A stretch of DNA of 64,000 bases. Origin: Euglena gracilis (lineage: Eukaryota). Made by a program: the position numbers and the translations under genes. The notes beneath the pieces were generated by a model. That model searched no databases. It was not told where the DNA came from and saw only the letters and a program-made list of their open reading frames with translations. The first letter of the stretch is position 1. Each line of letters opens with the position of its first letter. Below, piece after piece: positions 23,451-34,671 of this stretch. The stretch is taken from positions 46,541,847-46,605,846 of the forward strand of contig CP154954.1 of assembly GCA_039621445.1 (NCBI GenBank), given 5' to 3'.

Positions 23451-26400
23451 GTATAGAAAATCGTTTTTCTGAAAGGATCCAGTCCCTGTGTGAGAAGGGC
23501 GAGGCTCTGTCAAAACGGCTGGAGAGTGAAGAAAAGATTCTGGAGGAACGGCTGAAAATGTTTGAAATCACTGAAAAGTTGCAGTCCAGTGAAAAGTTTC
23601 CAGGTCCAGAAAATTTTGTGTCTGTGAACCTGAATTCTGGACATGTCACAAATTCGCAGCCGTCATCAGCATCTTCTGAAAAATCTTCCTCAGATTTTGC
23701 CACGCAGCCAAGGAAATTCAGACAGACGAAAAAATTCTGGAGGCCATCCAAAAGCAGTTGGAACGACTTTCAGATTTTGAGACCAAGTTGGTTTCAAGAT
23801 TGGTGGGGTTGGGACTGGCATTTAAATCCCTGGAACAGCTGGGGGTGGTTTCCACCATATCAGTGGTGGTGGTGATTTTTTTCAGCACAGGTCTAACCAC
23901 TGACTGGCACAGCACAGCACTTTACGGTGTCAAGTATGTTTCGGTGGTCTGTTTTTTGTGATTGTTGTTGTTTCATACGTTTTTCATCGTAATTTGGTGT
24001 TGGAGGCAGATGCGAAATCAGCCAGAAGTTTAATTCTGGATTTTCAGTTCACAGAGTTTGGCTTATGAAAAACAGCCAAGTCAAACATTTGTTGAATCTG
24101 GTTTCTGGGGTGCATGTTTTTTCCCCAGTTGCTTTCCACTTAAATGGAGACGCCCAGCCACGATGCTTGGGATTTTTCTCCTAGTGTTCAGGCAGCCAGA
24201 TCATGATTTTCAGTTTCAGAGTTTTCAGTTTTCGGTTGTCCCAAATGTCATTTGGGGTGGGGCACGGCACTGACATGTGTCACCATCCCTGACGGGGACA
24301 AATCAGGCATCTCAGGTGGAATTTTGGTTTGTGTTTTTGCTGGTCCCTTTTGTCACGGGACAGTTTTTCCAGAGAGAAACTTACCCCTGGACAGGGACAT
24401 ATGTTGGAGAATCGGCACAGTTTTTTCAGATTTTTCAGTCCAGTTTCATTGTGGTTTTCGAGTATGGAAGCCCAGCAGTCCTGTGGCAGGTTTTATCTGG
24501 GGTTTTGCCAAATCCTGAGGTAGGGGAGACCTCTGATTGACCACTCGAACCAAAAAGTTTTTTGGAAAGCGCGCAAAGAGGGGTTCCGAGGGTGGGGCTA
24601 GACCCAGGCAAGGAATAAACACCCCTGTGGCCACCCATCTAAGGGCTCAGGAAAGTTTTCAGTTTTCAGTCCAAGTGGGAACCAAGGTGGATTAACCCAG
24701 GAGGAAAAGACACCCCTGAGGAAAGTTCATTTTTGGGCCCATCAGTGGCACCATCATTTGGTTCAGTTTTCACTGAAAATCTGTTGATCTGTGGGTAACA
24801 CTTTCTGTTGCATTTTTTTTCAGCTGTAGGAGTCTGCTTAAGGGAGAAATACACAGGGCCCACGATGCAAAATTCCCAAAGGCAATTTTTGCAGTTGGAG
24901 GCTGCTCACACAGTTTTCGTGTGACCCATGTGGATTGATCAGATTTTAAGTGCCGTTCAGGTTGAATTGTGGTATTTTCAGTGAGAGAAAACTTAGGAAA
25001 AGTGAAAATATGCCTTGTGGATTGAAGTGGTGAAGTTGTTGTGTGTGTGTTATTTTTTGCGTTTTGGGTTTCTTTTTTGGAAGCGTAATGCATTTTTCAT
25101 CTTCTTTTGGTTTTTTCCAAATTTTGGATGGCCACTGCCCGTGGGGGTGGACGTGACTTGACCCCTGGGTGGGGGGGTGGGTGAGAGGTTGGGTGATCCC
25201 TGGTGTGGGGCGGGACAGGTGCTGGGTGGGGTGGGGGCCCTGGGCCCTCCCAGTATTGGGGGCTGTCAAGAGAGGTTGCGGTGGGGGGGTGCCTGGTTGT
25301 GTTTGGAAAGTCATGTGTGGGGGGGTTTGGGGAACTCCCCTGGGGTGGGGGAGGGGGAGGGGGGCAGGGGAGGAAGTCGGTCTGGACATAGGGGTTCGTC
25401 TTGGCACTTGGATCGAAGGGGGCCTCACGTGGGGGTGCGGGTTTGTTTGTTCAGTCCAGTGGGAGGGGGGTGATAGGGGGGTGGGGCACTCCTGGGTTTT
25501 GGGGTCACGGGGGCGGAGGGCGGGTGTGAACGGGGGTTGTGGTGTGGGGCAGCGGGTTTGGGGGTTCTGTTTTGGGGTGTTCCAAAGGGAAATGTTGAGA
25601 GGGGGGGCATTCACTACGTTTTTCGTAGTGTGTTTTGGGACCCATGGGGTCCGTGTGAAAGGGGCCGGGGGGTGAGGGAAGAGGTTAATTAGGTGCCGTG
25701 CGGGGTGGCAGTGGGGGTTGGGGGCCTGGTGGTACGGACAGGCGGTTGTTTGGGTGGGGAGGTTGCGGGGGCGTGTGTTGGGGCCTTTTGTTGGGCTGAG
25801 TTGTCATGCAGGTTCAAGCAGCAATCACGAAACGAAGGAGCAAAGCAGTCAAGTTATCAAGGATTTTTCACTGAACTTATTGAATTCAAGGATTTCAACA
25901 ATTTCAACATGACTTCAAAGACTGGGATGATGACATTGACATTTCAATGAGATGGTGAACAGACTTCAATGACATAAGTGGGACCCAAGCAATTGAATCA
26001 CATGCATTTGAATCACATGATTTACCATTGTCATGATCACAATTGTGGATTGTTTGTGGAGTCACAGAATGGTGGATACATTCATTTTCCCCAAGTTGCT
26101 GGGGAGAGAGTTGCTGGGGAGCTCAAAGCTGGGATATTGATTGGTGAATTTCATGTTCTGGCCGAGGAGTTTGAGTTCATTGGACTTCAGTCGCCTGGCT
26201 GGGGGAGAAGTCTAAATGGCTGACCTTCACCAAGCCGGGCGCGATTGCCCAAGCCCGGCTCAACAATCTGGTTGGCAGATCCCATGGTGCCAGGGGCTGA
26301 GTTTCAGTTTGCTTGCTTCTGAGGTTGAACTTGGTTTATTCTCCCCTCCTCGTGCAGCTGGGGGGGGGGGGGGGCTGTGTTAAGCCCTGTTTTTTTGTTG

Positions 26401-28191
26401 GTGTGGTGGATCAAAATCAGCTTTGGATTCGCGGCTGGAATTTTTTGACTCAGAATTGGATACCCCTGTGAGACGTTTGAGTGGGGACAGGATTGCATCA
26501 ATTGGTGACCGTGACTGTTTTGGTCATACCCCAGATATGGCGGGGTTTGATGAAAGATCCATTTTTCCCATTTTTTTCGTCAAATGGGGATTCCGGTTTT
26601 GCAGCCAGGAATTTTTAACCCGTGGCCCTCCCCGCATTGGTTGACGGTGGGGGGGGGGCGACATTGTGAAGGCCCGTCCTTTGACATGCGTGAGATTTCA
26701 GCCGGCTTGGATATTACGGCCCAGGTTTGTGATTTTTTTTGTTTGGAGGCTGAAGCCAGAGTGACCCCCATGGCCCCATGTGACTGGGGGGGGGGGGCAG
26801 CGAAAAATCGCCTTGGCTGAGAAAATTGGATTTGGATTTTCAGTATTTTTGAGTTTGCCATGTCATTTGACCCCCATTGCCCCGTGGACTGGGGGGGGGC
26901 AGTGAATTTTAATTGGCAAGCCGGATTGGTTGGCTACATGGCAGTGTGTTGGTTGGGCCAAAAGCTGGGCCGGATGGCCTGGCCCCTCAACAACGGTATG
27001 CTGCTGGATGCTTTTGTTTGGGTTGGTTGTTCTCAGCTGGATGTCAGGGGTTGGAATTCTGGACTGGATTTTGTTGAGGGCTTTTGTAAGCCCTGTGTTG
27101 GACTCAGATTTTTTGATTTTGATTTTTTGATGATTTTTGTTGCTGGAGGATTTTTATTCAAAGAGTTGGAAAAACCTGGGATTTTGATAATTTTTCTGGT
27201 GGACGACAAAACGATTTGGAGTTTTAAAACTCAGTTTTTTGATTCGGTTTGGACTATTGGATATTGGTCAAAGGCATTTTTTCACGGAACACAGCTTGGA
27301 GGCATCCGAACTCGGGGGGGGGGACCCTGGACCGGAGATGACCCCTACTCCGTCCACAGGCCCTGGTGTGGGCCAATGAAAAAAAAAACCAGCCACGTGG
27401 GCACTAAAGCCCTGTGATATAGTGGCTGAGGGCCAATGTGAAGCCCTGTTCTCTTTGCATTCAAAAAAAAATCGATCGACCCAGTCATTTTCGGTTGGAA
27501 TGCATGACAAGGAAGTGAGCGTGCATACACACAAAACACACAACCACAACGCACACGAACCCGCACACCCATCTGTACACTATTCCCCCATATAACCGTC
27601 TTACCTTTGCACCTCACCGTTTGCCTTTCCTTACCCATCACCTTTTCACCGTTTTACCTCTTCTGTCCCGAATTGGAAAGGAATGCCTGGGTTTCTGTTT
27701 TCTCTTTCCCCACACAATTCGTTTTCTGAGGCACTGTTGGCCAAAGTCCCTGATTTTTTTTAAAAAAATCGACAAATGAAGTTTCACACAATGAAAGCTG
27801 CCAAAAAACACAAAAAAAAAGAATTGTCACCAAGGGGGCAGCGTGGGACTTAGGCCTTGGGGTGGAGTGCCCAGAGTTTGTTTTGTTTGGAATCGGTTTT
27901 CAGATTTTGTGTTCAAAGACCCGTTCCCCATGCTTGTCGGAGGAAAGGGGTGGGGGGGCTTCCCCCGAAGACCTGATTTTTCAGAGTCCCCCAAGGTGCC
28001 CGAGATTATGGCTGGGGGGGGGTCGACTCGTAACACCGATTTTCAAAAAAAAAAAGCGACAGGACCCGTTTTAAAAAAAAAAACTCAGAATTTTCACCCC
28101 CCACAAAAAAAAAATCAATTTTACTCTCCCCGTTTTGGTTCGGGGGGGTGGGGCAGAAAAACGGGTCCGACTAACGTCGCAAGGGAGGGGG

Positions 28192-28791
28192 TGTCGGCTG
28201 CCGCTGGCGGCGGCAGCCAAAAATTTCCCAAAAATTCCCAGAAAATTCCCAGTAGGAACCTCCAAAGCAAGTCAACCGCCACGCGAGTGGAATTGGAACC
28301 GCAGCAAATTTCAAGAAGAATTTGAGAATTCGATTTGAGAATCAGAAAAGAAGAAAAGTCAATTGGAGACTTGAAGAGCAAAAAGATCAATTCAAATAAC
28401 ATCAGGAAGCCAAGGCATTCATTTCCACATTCTTTGTCCCACTCAACACCTAAACTCAAAGGTACTTGCCCACCTTCTCAAGTCCAAGGTTTGTTGTGCT
28501 CTGCTGTGTGCTTCCAAGTAGGAGGGTTGGTTTGTCTTTGCTCACCTTTTGATCCAAATGTTTGAAAAGGCAAAACAGTGGAGGCTAAAAACGATCCTAC
28601 GCGGGGAGACAGGGGGACCTGGGTCGAGGGGGCACACCTCACCCCCATTACCACCTGTGTATTTATTTGAAAACGGGGCCCAACTTGCCAAAGGCCCTGG
28701 CCTGAGCCCACCAGGGCCGGAAAAATGAAATCGTGGCCCCAGCGAAAGCAGCCCCCCCCCGGGCGAGCAGGGTCCTCCAAACCCCCCAACA
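28192..28791 (+). repeat. 3' LTR
   Basis: Preceded by the polypurine tract and followed by TSD AAAC. Confidence 0.92.
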
Positions 28792-29113
28792 AAACTCTGA
28801 ACCAAATAACCAACCTTGAACTCTCACCTGCTATTTTTACCCCTGGTTACCCCCTGAGCAGGGCCACACGGCAAGCCAAAGACAAATCAAGGGGTCACAT
28901 AGACGCGCAGAGAAGCAAAACACAACAAAAGCCAAAACCCGACACAAACACGCCATCCTGGGGCGAAAGAGGTACAAACATCCCCCCCTCCCCGCCCAAT
29001 ATATATTGAAGGTGACCTTTGCTCATCTTCGGCTAACCACTAACCACTGACCTTCGCACCCTGAACAAGTACATCTCATCACTCTTTTGTACATTACACC
29101 CGTAGTATAAGCT

Positions 29114-32100
29114 GACCATTCGGGCTCCGCACTGCGAGATGGTGAGGTCCTGCTTTCCTTGCCGGCTGTTCTGTTCTGGTGTGTTTGTGCGTGCGCGGGG
29201 GGTGCTTCTTACTGCTTTTTGTTGCCGGAGTTGGCTGATTCCTATTTCTGCCCTTCGACCTCAAGGAGAAAGAACTTTACTTCTACGAACTCAAGTGGAC
29301 GAAAATTCTCGGAACTTCAACTTCCTGACGGAAGAATTCAACTCTCGGAGATCAACAACGGGACTTCCATGAAAAATGAATTTCAAAGAGCTGAAGCTGG
29401 GGAAGGTGGAGACACAGCAGCAGCTGCAGAAGCTGGAGGGGCGGAAGCGACACGTCCGTCCGTGGCCATCGCAACCCCCCCACCACCCAGTACTTCAAAG
29501 ATTTCAAAATTCAAGGTTTCAGGCTCCCCCCCTAAAAATGATGGGCATGGACATGGACAACTGTGGTCAGGAAGAGAAGACAGAGGGGGACCACCATCAC
29601 AGGTCCAACAGACTCCACCCCTTTTTCTCAGTTCCTCCCCTTTCAGGGGAGAAAGCAAAGGCTATGGCAGCCTCAATCCAAAGGATTCAAATCAAAACCA
29701 AGGCTATGGCAGCCATCATTGGACAGGGCCTGGGGCCCAGAATCATGGCTATGGAAGCCATCATCCAAGAGGCAGTGGGCCCAGGAGCAAAGCTATGGCA
29801 GCCTGTGTCCAAACCTGGAAAGCTCCCACGGGGGAAAGGGTATGTCCAACTTACCCCACAGCTCTCTCAAACACAAAACCCTCAGGAGCTGCACATCCAA
29901 GCAACCAACCCTACAGGGGAAGGCCAATGGAGGCCATTATATGCAAGAGGCCAATGGGGGCCAGGGGAAGCATCAAAATATCAAGGCCAATGGAGGCCAT
30001 TATATGCAAAAGGCCAATGGAGGCCAGGAGAAGCATCAAGACTTCAAGGCCAATGGAGGCCATTTCAATCAAAATCAAGTGGCCATTGGAGGCCAGTGCA
30101 TTCAAGATCACATCAGCCCTTGGGGGGGAGGCCCAAGATTGGCTACACCAGGGCCCCCCCAGAAGGTAATCAGCCCACACCCCCCAGCTATATATGTACC
30201 TCCCCATTGCAGACACAGACTTTCCCCAATCTTTCAAAATCAGGGGGAAAGCCTGTCTTTGGACAGCCCTATGGCAGGGCCAGAGGTGACCCCAGTGATG
30301 GGGCAGCCAGGCAGGACCCCAGTGATGGGGCAGCCAGGTGTGACCCCAGTGATGGGGCAGCCAGGGGGAAGGACCCCAGTGATGGGGCCTGTGGAATCCC
30401 CAGACACATTACACCCAGGGGTACCCCCTTACAAGGCCCTGCAGGCCAGCATTCCCCATTGGGTCAAGGCAGGAGCCAGCACAGAGGTATTAAACCTGAT
30501 AAGGGAAGGGGTCAGGGCAGATCTTCCCCTCCCCCCTCAGATGTCCTTAAAAGTTCCCTTCAAAACTCCCCAAGAAATAATGACTGCCCAAAAAATTCTG
30601 AGGGAATACGAATGTGCAGGGGCAACCAGGCAAATCCCCCCAGAGGAAGCAAAACATTTTGTCCCTTATTTTATCATTTCCAAACAGGAAGGGGGAAAGA
30701 CAAAGGAAAGACTAATTTCAGATTGTCGACAGTTAAATCAACATTTCACCCCCCAGAAGTTCAGACTGGAACACATGGGAAACATATTCCCATATCTCAG
30801 AAAGGGTTGGTTCTGTGGAAAAATAGATCTGAAAGATGCTTATTTCCATTTAAAGCTGCACAGCAGCCTGGAAAAGCATGTTTGCATGCAGGTGGGGGGG
30901 GGAAACGTGGCAATTTCAAGCTGCATGCTTTGGGTTAAGCAGCCTGCCACAAAAGTTTATGACTCTCATGAGAGTCTGGGAAAGGAAATGGAGGAAGGAA
31001 GGAAAGGTAGTTTTCATCTACCTGGACGACATTTTGCTGTTAGCCCCCAGCAAAAAGACAGCAGCCCATCATTTGGCAGAAATGAAAAAAGATCTTTTGC
31101 TGGCAGGTTTCAGAATAAACCTCCCCAAATCATGTCTGGAACCAACACAGGAAATAAAGCATTTGGGCCAGTGGATCAATTTGAAAAAAGGCCAACTGGA
31201 AATTCCACAGGAAAAATTAAAATCCCTAAGAAAGGAATTAGGAAAGGTGCTGACAGCACAAAAAATGAGCTGCAGAAAACTCAGCTCTATTGTAGGGCAA
31301 GTCAGAAGCTATTTAGTTTCAATGCCTTTTCTCAGAATTCTGACAGATCAACTTTGCAAAATGGTGGATTTGCACACAAAGTGGGGTTGGGACCACACCC
31401 TAACCATTCCCCAGGGGGTCAAAGATCAAATTGTGGAGTTAAAGGCATTTTTGCAGCCAGGTGTGGGCAGAGCCTTTCAATCCCAGGCCTCTCAAGAACT
31501 GTTCTCAGACAGCAGCACCTGGCAATGGGGGGGGCTGGACAAAAATTCTGGTCAAAAGGTCCAAGATTTCTGGAGGGACCTGCATGTCCTTCACATCAAT
31601 CAAAAAGAATTGATGTCTGCAGTGGAAACTGTAAAGGCTTTGGCAAAACCAAAACAAACCATTGTTCTTCATGTGGACAGCCAGGTGGCAGTAAGTTATT
31701 TAACAAAATGGGGAGGCAAAAAGCCATACCTAAATTCCATCCTAAAACCCCTTCTGTACCATTGCCAAGAAAAGCAAATCAATTTGCAGGTGGTTTGGGT
31801 TCCCACAAAGGAACAATTGGCAGACTCCCTGACCAGGGAGCAAAAAGATCCAGGGGATTACACCCTGAACATGAACATTTTTCACCAGATTCTGAAATTT
31901 TTCAAGCACCACATCACCCCAGAGGTGGACATGTTTTGCACACCCAGCAACAAAAAATTCCCCAAGTTCATTTGTCGATACCCCCACCAAGGGGCCTTGC
32001 TGGTGGATGCCTTGAAGGCAGATTTAAGGGGTCTCCCCCCAGTTTATGCCAACCCTCCCTGGAGCATCATCCCCCAGTGGGTTCAGAGATTGATGCTAAA

Positions 32101-33684
32101 CCCAGACCTGAATTGTCTGTTGATTGTACCCCACTGGGCTTCGACATCATGGTGGCGCCAATTAATGTCAATCAGGCAGCCAGGCAGCAAGGTTTTGCTG
32201 GTACCCCCCAGTGGGGTCTGTTCACCAACTGCTGGGGGGAGGAGATGCCCCCCCCAAGGTGGAATTTGGCCTGCTTGATTGTGTCAGGCAAATATTACAA
32301 TCCCAGGAAGTTTCGATGTCCAGTATCGACACTTACATAAAAAATCTGGGGAATGTCAAAAGATATGATTCAGCATTCAAGGCTTTGATGGGCCAATTGT
32401 TGCACAAAGGGGTGCCCCTGCAGGACTGCACAGTCCACAGGATGGCTGAGGCCATCCTTGACCTGGCTGCCCACAGCCTCAACACTGCAAGAAATGCATA
32501 TGCAGCAGTTTTATTACTCCCAGGGTTTGGGTCATTGAGGTTTTCCCCTCTTTTGTCTCCATTGAAGAGGAAATGGAATTCCAATGTCTGCAAGTATGCC
32601 CATTTTTGGGACCCCACTGATTTCTTGGAGAACATCATCAGGAAATCCAAACCCCTCTCAGACCTATCTGTGAAAGAGCTCAGAAACAGGCTCATCATCT
32701 GTTGGAGGCTGTTGGCCCTCCACAGGGGGGTTGATTTAGCCAGGACACAGCGAAAAATCAGTTTCGTAGGAGAAAAAATTTTCATTTTATTGCAAAGGAA
32801 AGGATGGCAGTGCCCAAGGTGGGAGGAGATTTTGGTTTTGCCACACACCCCCCTCATCAGCCCCTGGCATTTATTGAAAGAGTATGTGGGAAGGACAGCC
32901 CACATGGTTGGGCACAAAAATCATTTGTTGTGGTCTTTGGATGGCAAAAGACCTTTGACTTCAGAAAGGGTGAATTCCCTGACCAAAGAAATTCTGCAGG
33001 AGGGGGGGGTGGACACCACCCACTGGAAACCCCACAGCACCAGAGGGGCTGGGGTTTTATGGTGGAAAAATGCTGGTTTGCAAGTGGAAGAAGTCCAGCA
33101 GCTGGGTCAGTGGAAAAATTTTGGGGCCTTCCAAGCTCATTATTTGAGGCTGGGTGTCGTTTCAAAAATTCAAACAATTATGGCCCAAAGGGGGGTGCAC
33201 AGTACCTCACCATCTCGCAGTGCGGAGCCCGAATGGTCTCGGACTCCCACGACAGAGGAAGGGGGAGGAAGGGACCAAGAGGGCGAAGCACAAGAAGATG
33301 GTGAGCCCAACCCTCCCACCCAAAAAATCAGCAGAAAAAGAAAGACATCCCAACCAGAAAGGGGACCCCCAACCAAGCAACCCCAGCCACCCACCCAGAA
33401 ACACAGAAAGAGACCACCATCCCCATCAGGGGGGGGGGGGCCCACCAAGCGACCATGGGTGAGGGGGGGGGGGGGCGGAGCCACGGCGGTTCAGCTTCGC
33501 CAAGGTGTCGGACGCGGCCTCATCATCGCCAACTCCGGCAACAAAGGCGCAGTAAGAAGCACCCCCCGCGCACGCACAAACACACCAGAACAGAACAGCC
33601 GGCAAGGAAAGCAGGACCTCACCATCTTCTTGTGCTTCGCCCTCTTGGTCACTTCCTCCCCCTTCCTCTGTCGTGGGCGTCCGA
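29114..33684 (+). mobile_element. DIRS1-like tyrosine-recombinase retrotransposon
   Basis: Left ITR 29114-~29230; ICR 33204-33305 complementary to both termini; right ITR plus extension ~33535-33684; RT, RNase H, MT and YR domains. Confidence 0.93.
29563..32340 (+). CDS. DIRS RT / RNase H / N6-adenine methyltransferase-like ORF (two compensating homopolymer frameshifts)
   Basis: RLISDCRQLN, KIDLKDAYFHL, FGLSSLP, YLDD (31019-31030), FSDSS, HINQKEL, VDSQ, ADSLTR, VDMFC, YANPPW (NPPW at 32051-32062); shifts at poly-G ~30894-30902 and poly-C ~32204-32209. Confidence 0.88.
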   Translation: MVRKRRQRGTTITGPTDSTPFSQFLPFQGRKQRLWQPQSKGFKSKPRLWQPSLDRAWGPESWLWKPSSKRQWAQEQSYGSLCPNLESSHGGKGMSNLPHSSLKHKTLRSCTSKQPTLQGKANGGHYMQEANGGQGKHQNIKANGGHYMQKANGGQEKHQDFKANGGHFNQNQVAIGGQCIQDHISPWGGGPRLATPGPPQKVISPHPPAIYVPPHCRHRLSPIFQNQGESLSLDSPMAGPEVTPVMGQPGRTPVMGQPGVTPVMGQPGGRTPVMGPVESPDTLHPGVPPYKALQASIPHWVKAGASTEVLNLIREGVRADLPLPPQMSLKVPFKTPQEIMTAQKILREYECAGATRQIPPEEAKHFVPYFIISKQEGGKTKERLISDCRQLNQHFTPQKFRLEHMGNIFPYLRKGWFCGKIDLKDAYFHLKLHSSLEKHVCMQVGGGNVAISSCMLWVKQPATKVYDSHESLGKEMEEGRKGSFHLPGRHFAVSPQQKDSSPSFGRNEKRSFAGRFQNKPPQIMSGTNTGNKAFGPVDQFEKRPTGNSTGKIKIPKKGIRKGADSTKNELQKTQLYCRASQKLFSFNAFSQNSDRSTLQNGGFAHKVGLGPHPNHSPGGQRSNCGVKGIFAARCGQSLSIPGLSRTVLRQQHLAMGGAGQKFWSKGPRFLEGPACPSHQSKRIDVCSGNCKGFGKTKTNHCSSCGQPGGSKLFNKMGRQKAIPKFHPKTPSVPLPRKANQFAGGLGSHKGTIGRLPDQGAKRSRGLHPEHEHFSPDSEIFQAPHHPRGGHVLHTQQQKIPQVHLSIPPPRGLAGGCLEGRFKGSPPSLCQPSLEHHPPVGSEIDAKPRPELSVDCTPLGFDIMVAPINVNQAARQQGFAGTPQWGLFTNCWGEEMPPPRWNLACLIVSGKYYNPRKFRCPVSTLT

Positions 33685-33697
33685 ACCGCGACCTGTG
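32211..33697 (+). CDS. Tyrosine recombinase
   Basis: LALHRGVD (Arg I), KG, HSTRGAG (HxxR), LGQW, FQAHY (catalytic Tyr). Confidence 0.9.
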
Positions 33698-33828
33698 NNN
33701 NNNNNNNNNNACCCGTTAACCCGTGGACTGGCTGGCCTTTTGAGACTGAGGAGGAGCGTCAACAGTATGAATATGCTGTGACGATCCAACGACAAATCGC
33801 ACGTCGCCCCCCTGTTTCCGCTGGCCAG

Positions 33829-34671
33829 TGTCGGCCGCCGGCTTTCGCCGGCAGCCAAAAATTGCCAGAAAGCGCAAATTTCAAAGTCGCGGGTAACAGC
33901 CAACCAGTTAAAAAAACCCGCGACTTAAATTGGAAGCGGGTCAAATTAGTTTGCGCTTTCGAATTCTGTTTTTTCACAGAACTTGAGGGGTTTTCCCCAA
34001 TATTTGGCAAGAAGGAATACTATTGTATTGAATTTGTCAATTGGACTTTGATTTGGAGTGGCAAGTTGAATTTCATTGTTGGTCATTGATCTATTGAAGT
34101 CATTGTCTTGAAGGAGCCTTTAACACCACCACCCACTCCTCTATACCACCGCCTTCGCCTCCATCACCTACCACTCCTTGCCCCAAGGTTTGCACATTTC
34201 ATACATTCACATTCCACAGTTTCAGTTTCAAGTGTCTTCTCATTCAAGTTTTGGAGTTTCAGAATTCAAGTTTCTTTCAGATTTGACTTCAAAGTTCCAA
34301 GGTTCAGTGGGTTGGTTTTTGCCAACAAGGTGTGCGAGAGAGAGAGAGAGGAGAAAAGTGAGATTTGAGAGAGAAAAGTTCGATTTCATTTCAAATGGCA
34401 GATTTTTCGTTTTTCACTAAAATTTCGGAAAACTTTGAAAAAACGATCCTACGCGCCGGCTGGGGTTGGGGAAATCACCTGGGTGAAAAAATGGGGGTTG
34501 GCTTGAGCCCACCAATTCCCCGAGAAAGCGCAGGCCCCACCCCGGAAACACCCACCCCCCTGCTGTCGGTGGTTATCCACGACGGCGAGGACCCCCCCGG
34601 GCCCTCGGCCCACCGGGACTCGCCGGTCGCGGGGGCGACCGGCGGCGCACAGGGGGTGGGGCCGGCGAACA
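33829..34671 (+). repeat. 5' LTR
   Basis: Virtually identical to 45284-46126 (one substitution noticed). Confidence 0.95.

Larger units (their letters stand above)
20710..28791 (+). mobile_element. Non-autonomous LTR retrotransposon (LARD-like), related to the 33829-46126 family
   Basis: TG..CA LTRs at 20710-21306 and 28192-28791; PBS tggtacgcagagg at 21307; PPT aagggaggggg; 4-bp TSD AAAC; no RT or integrase ORF. Confidence 0.9.

Noticed and set aside
24946-25800. Pro-rich and Gly-rich ORFs in a G-rich tract
   Set aside because: This is low-complexity strand-skewed sequence in a non-autonomous element
33685-33720. DIRS inserted directly into the old ORF3 copy
   Set aside because: A 13-N scaffold gap separates them, so adjacency is unproven
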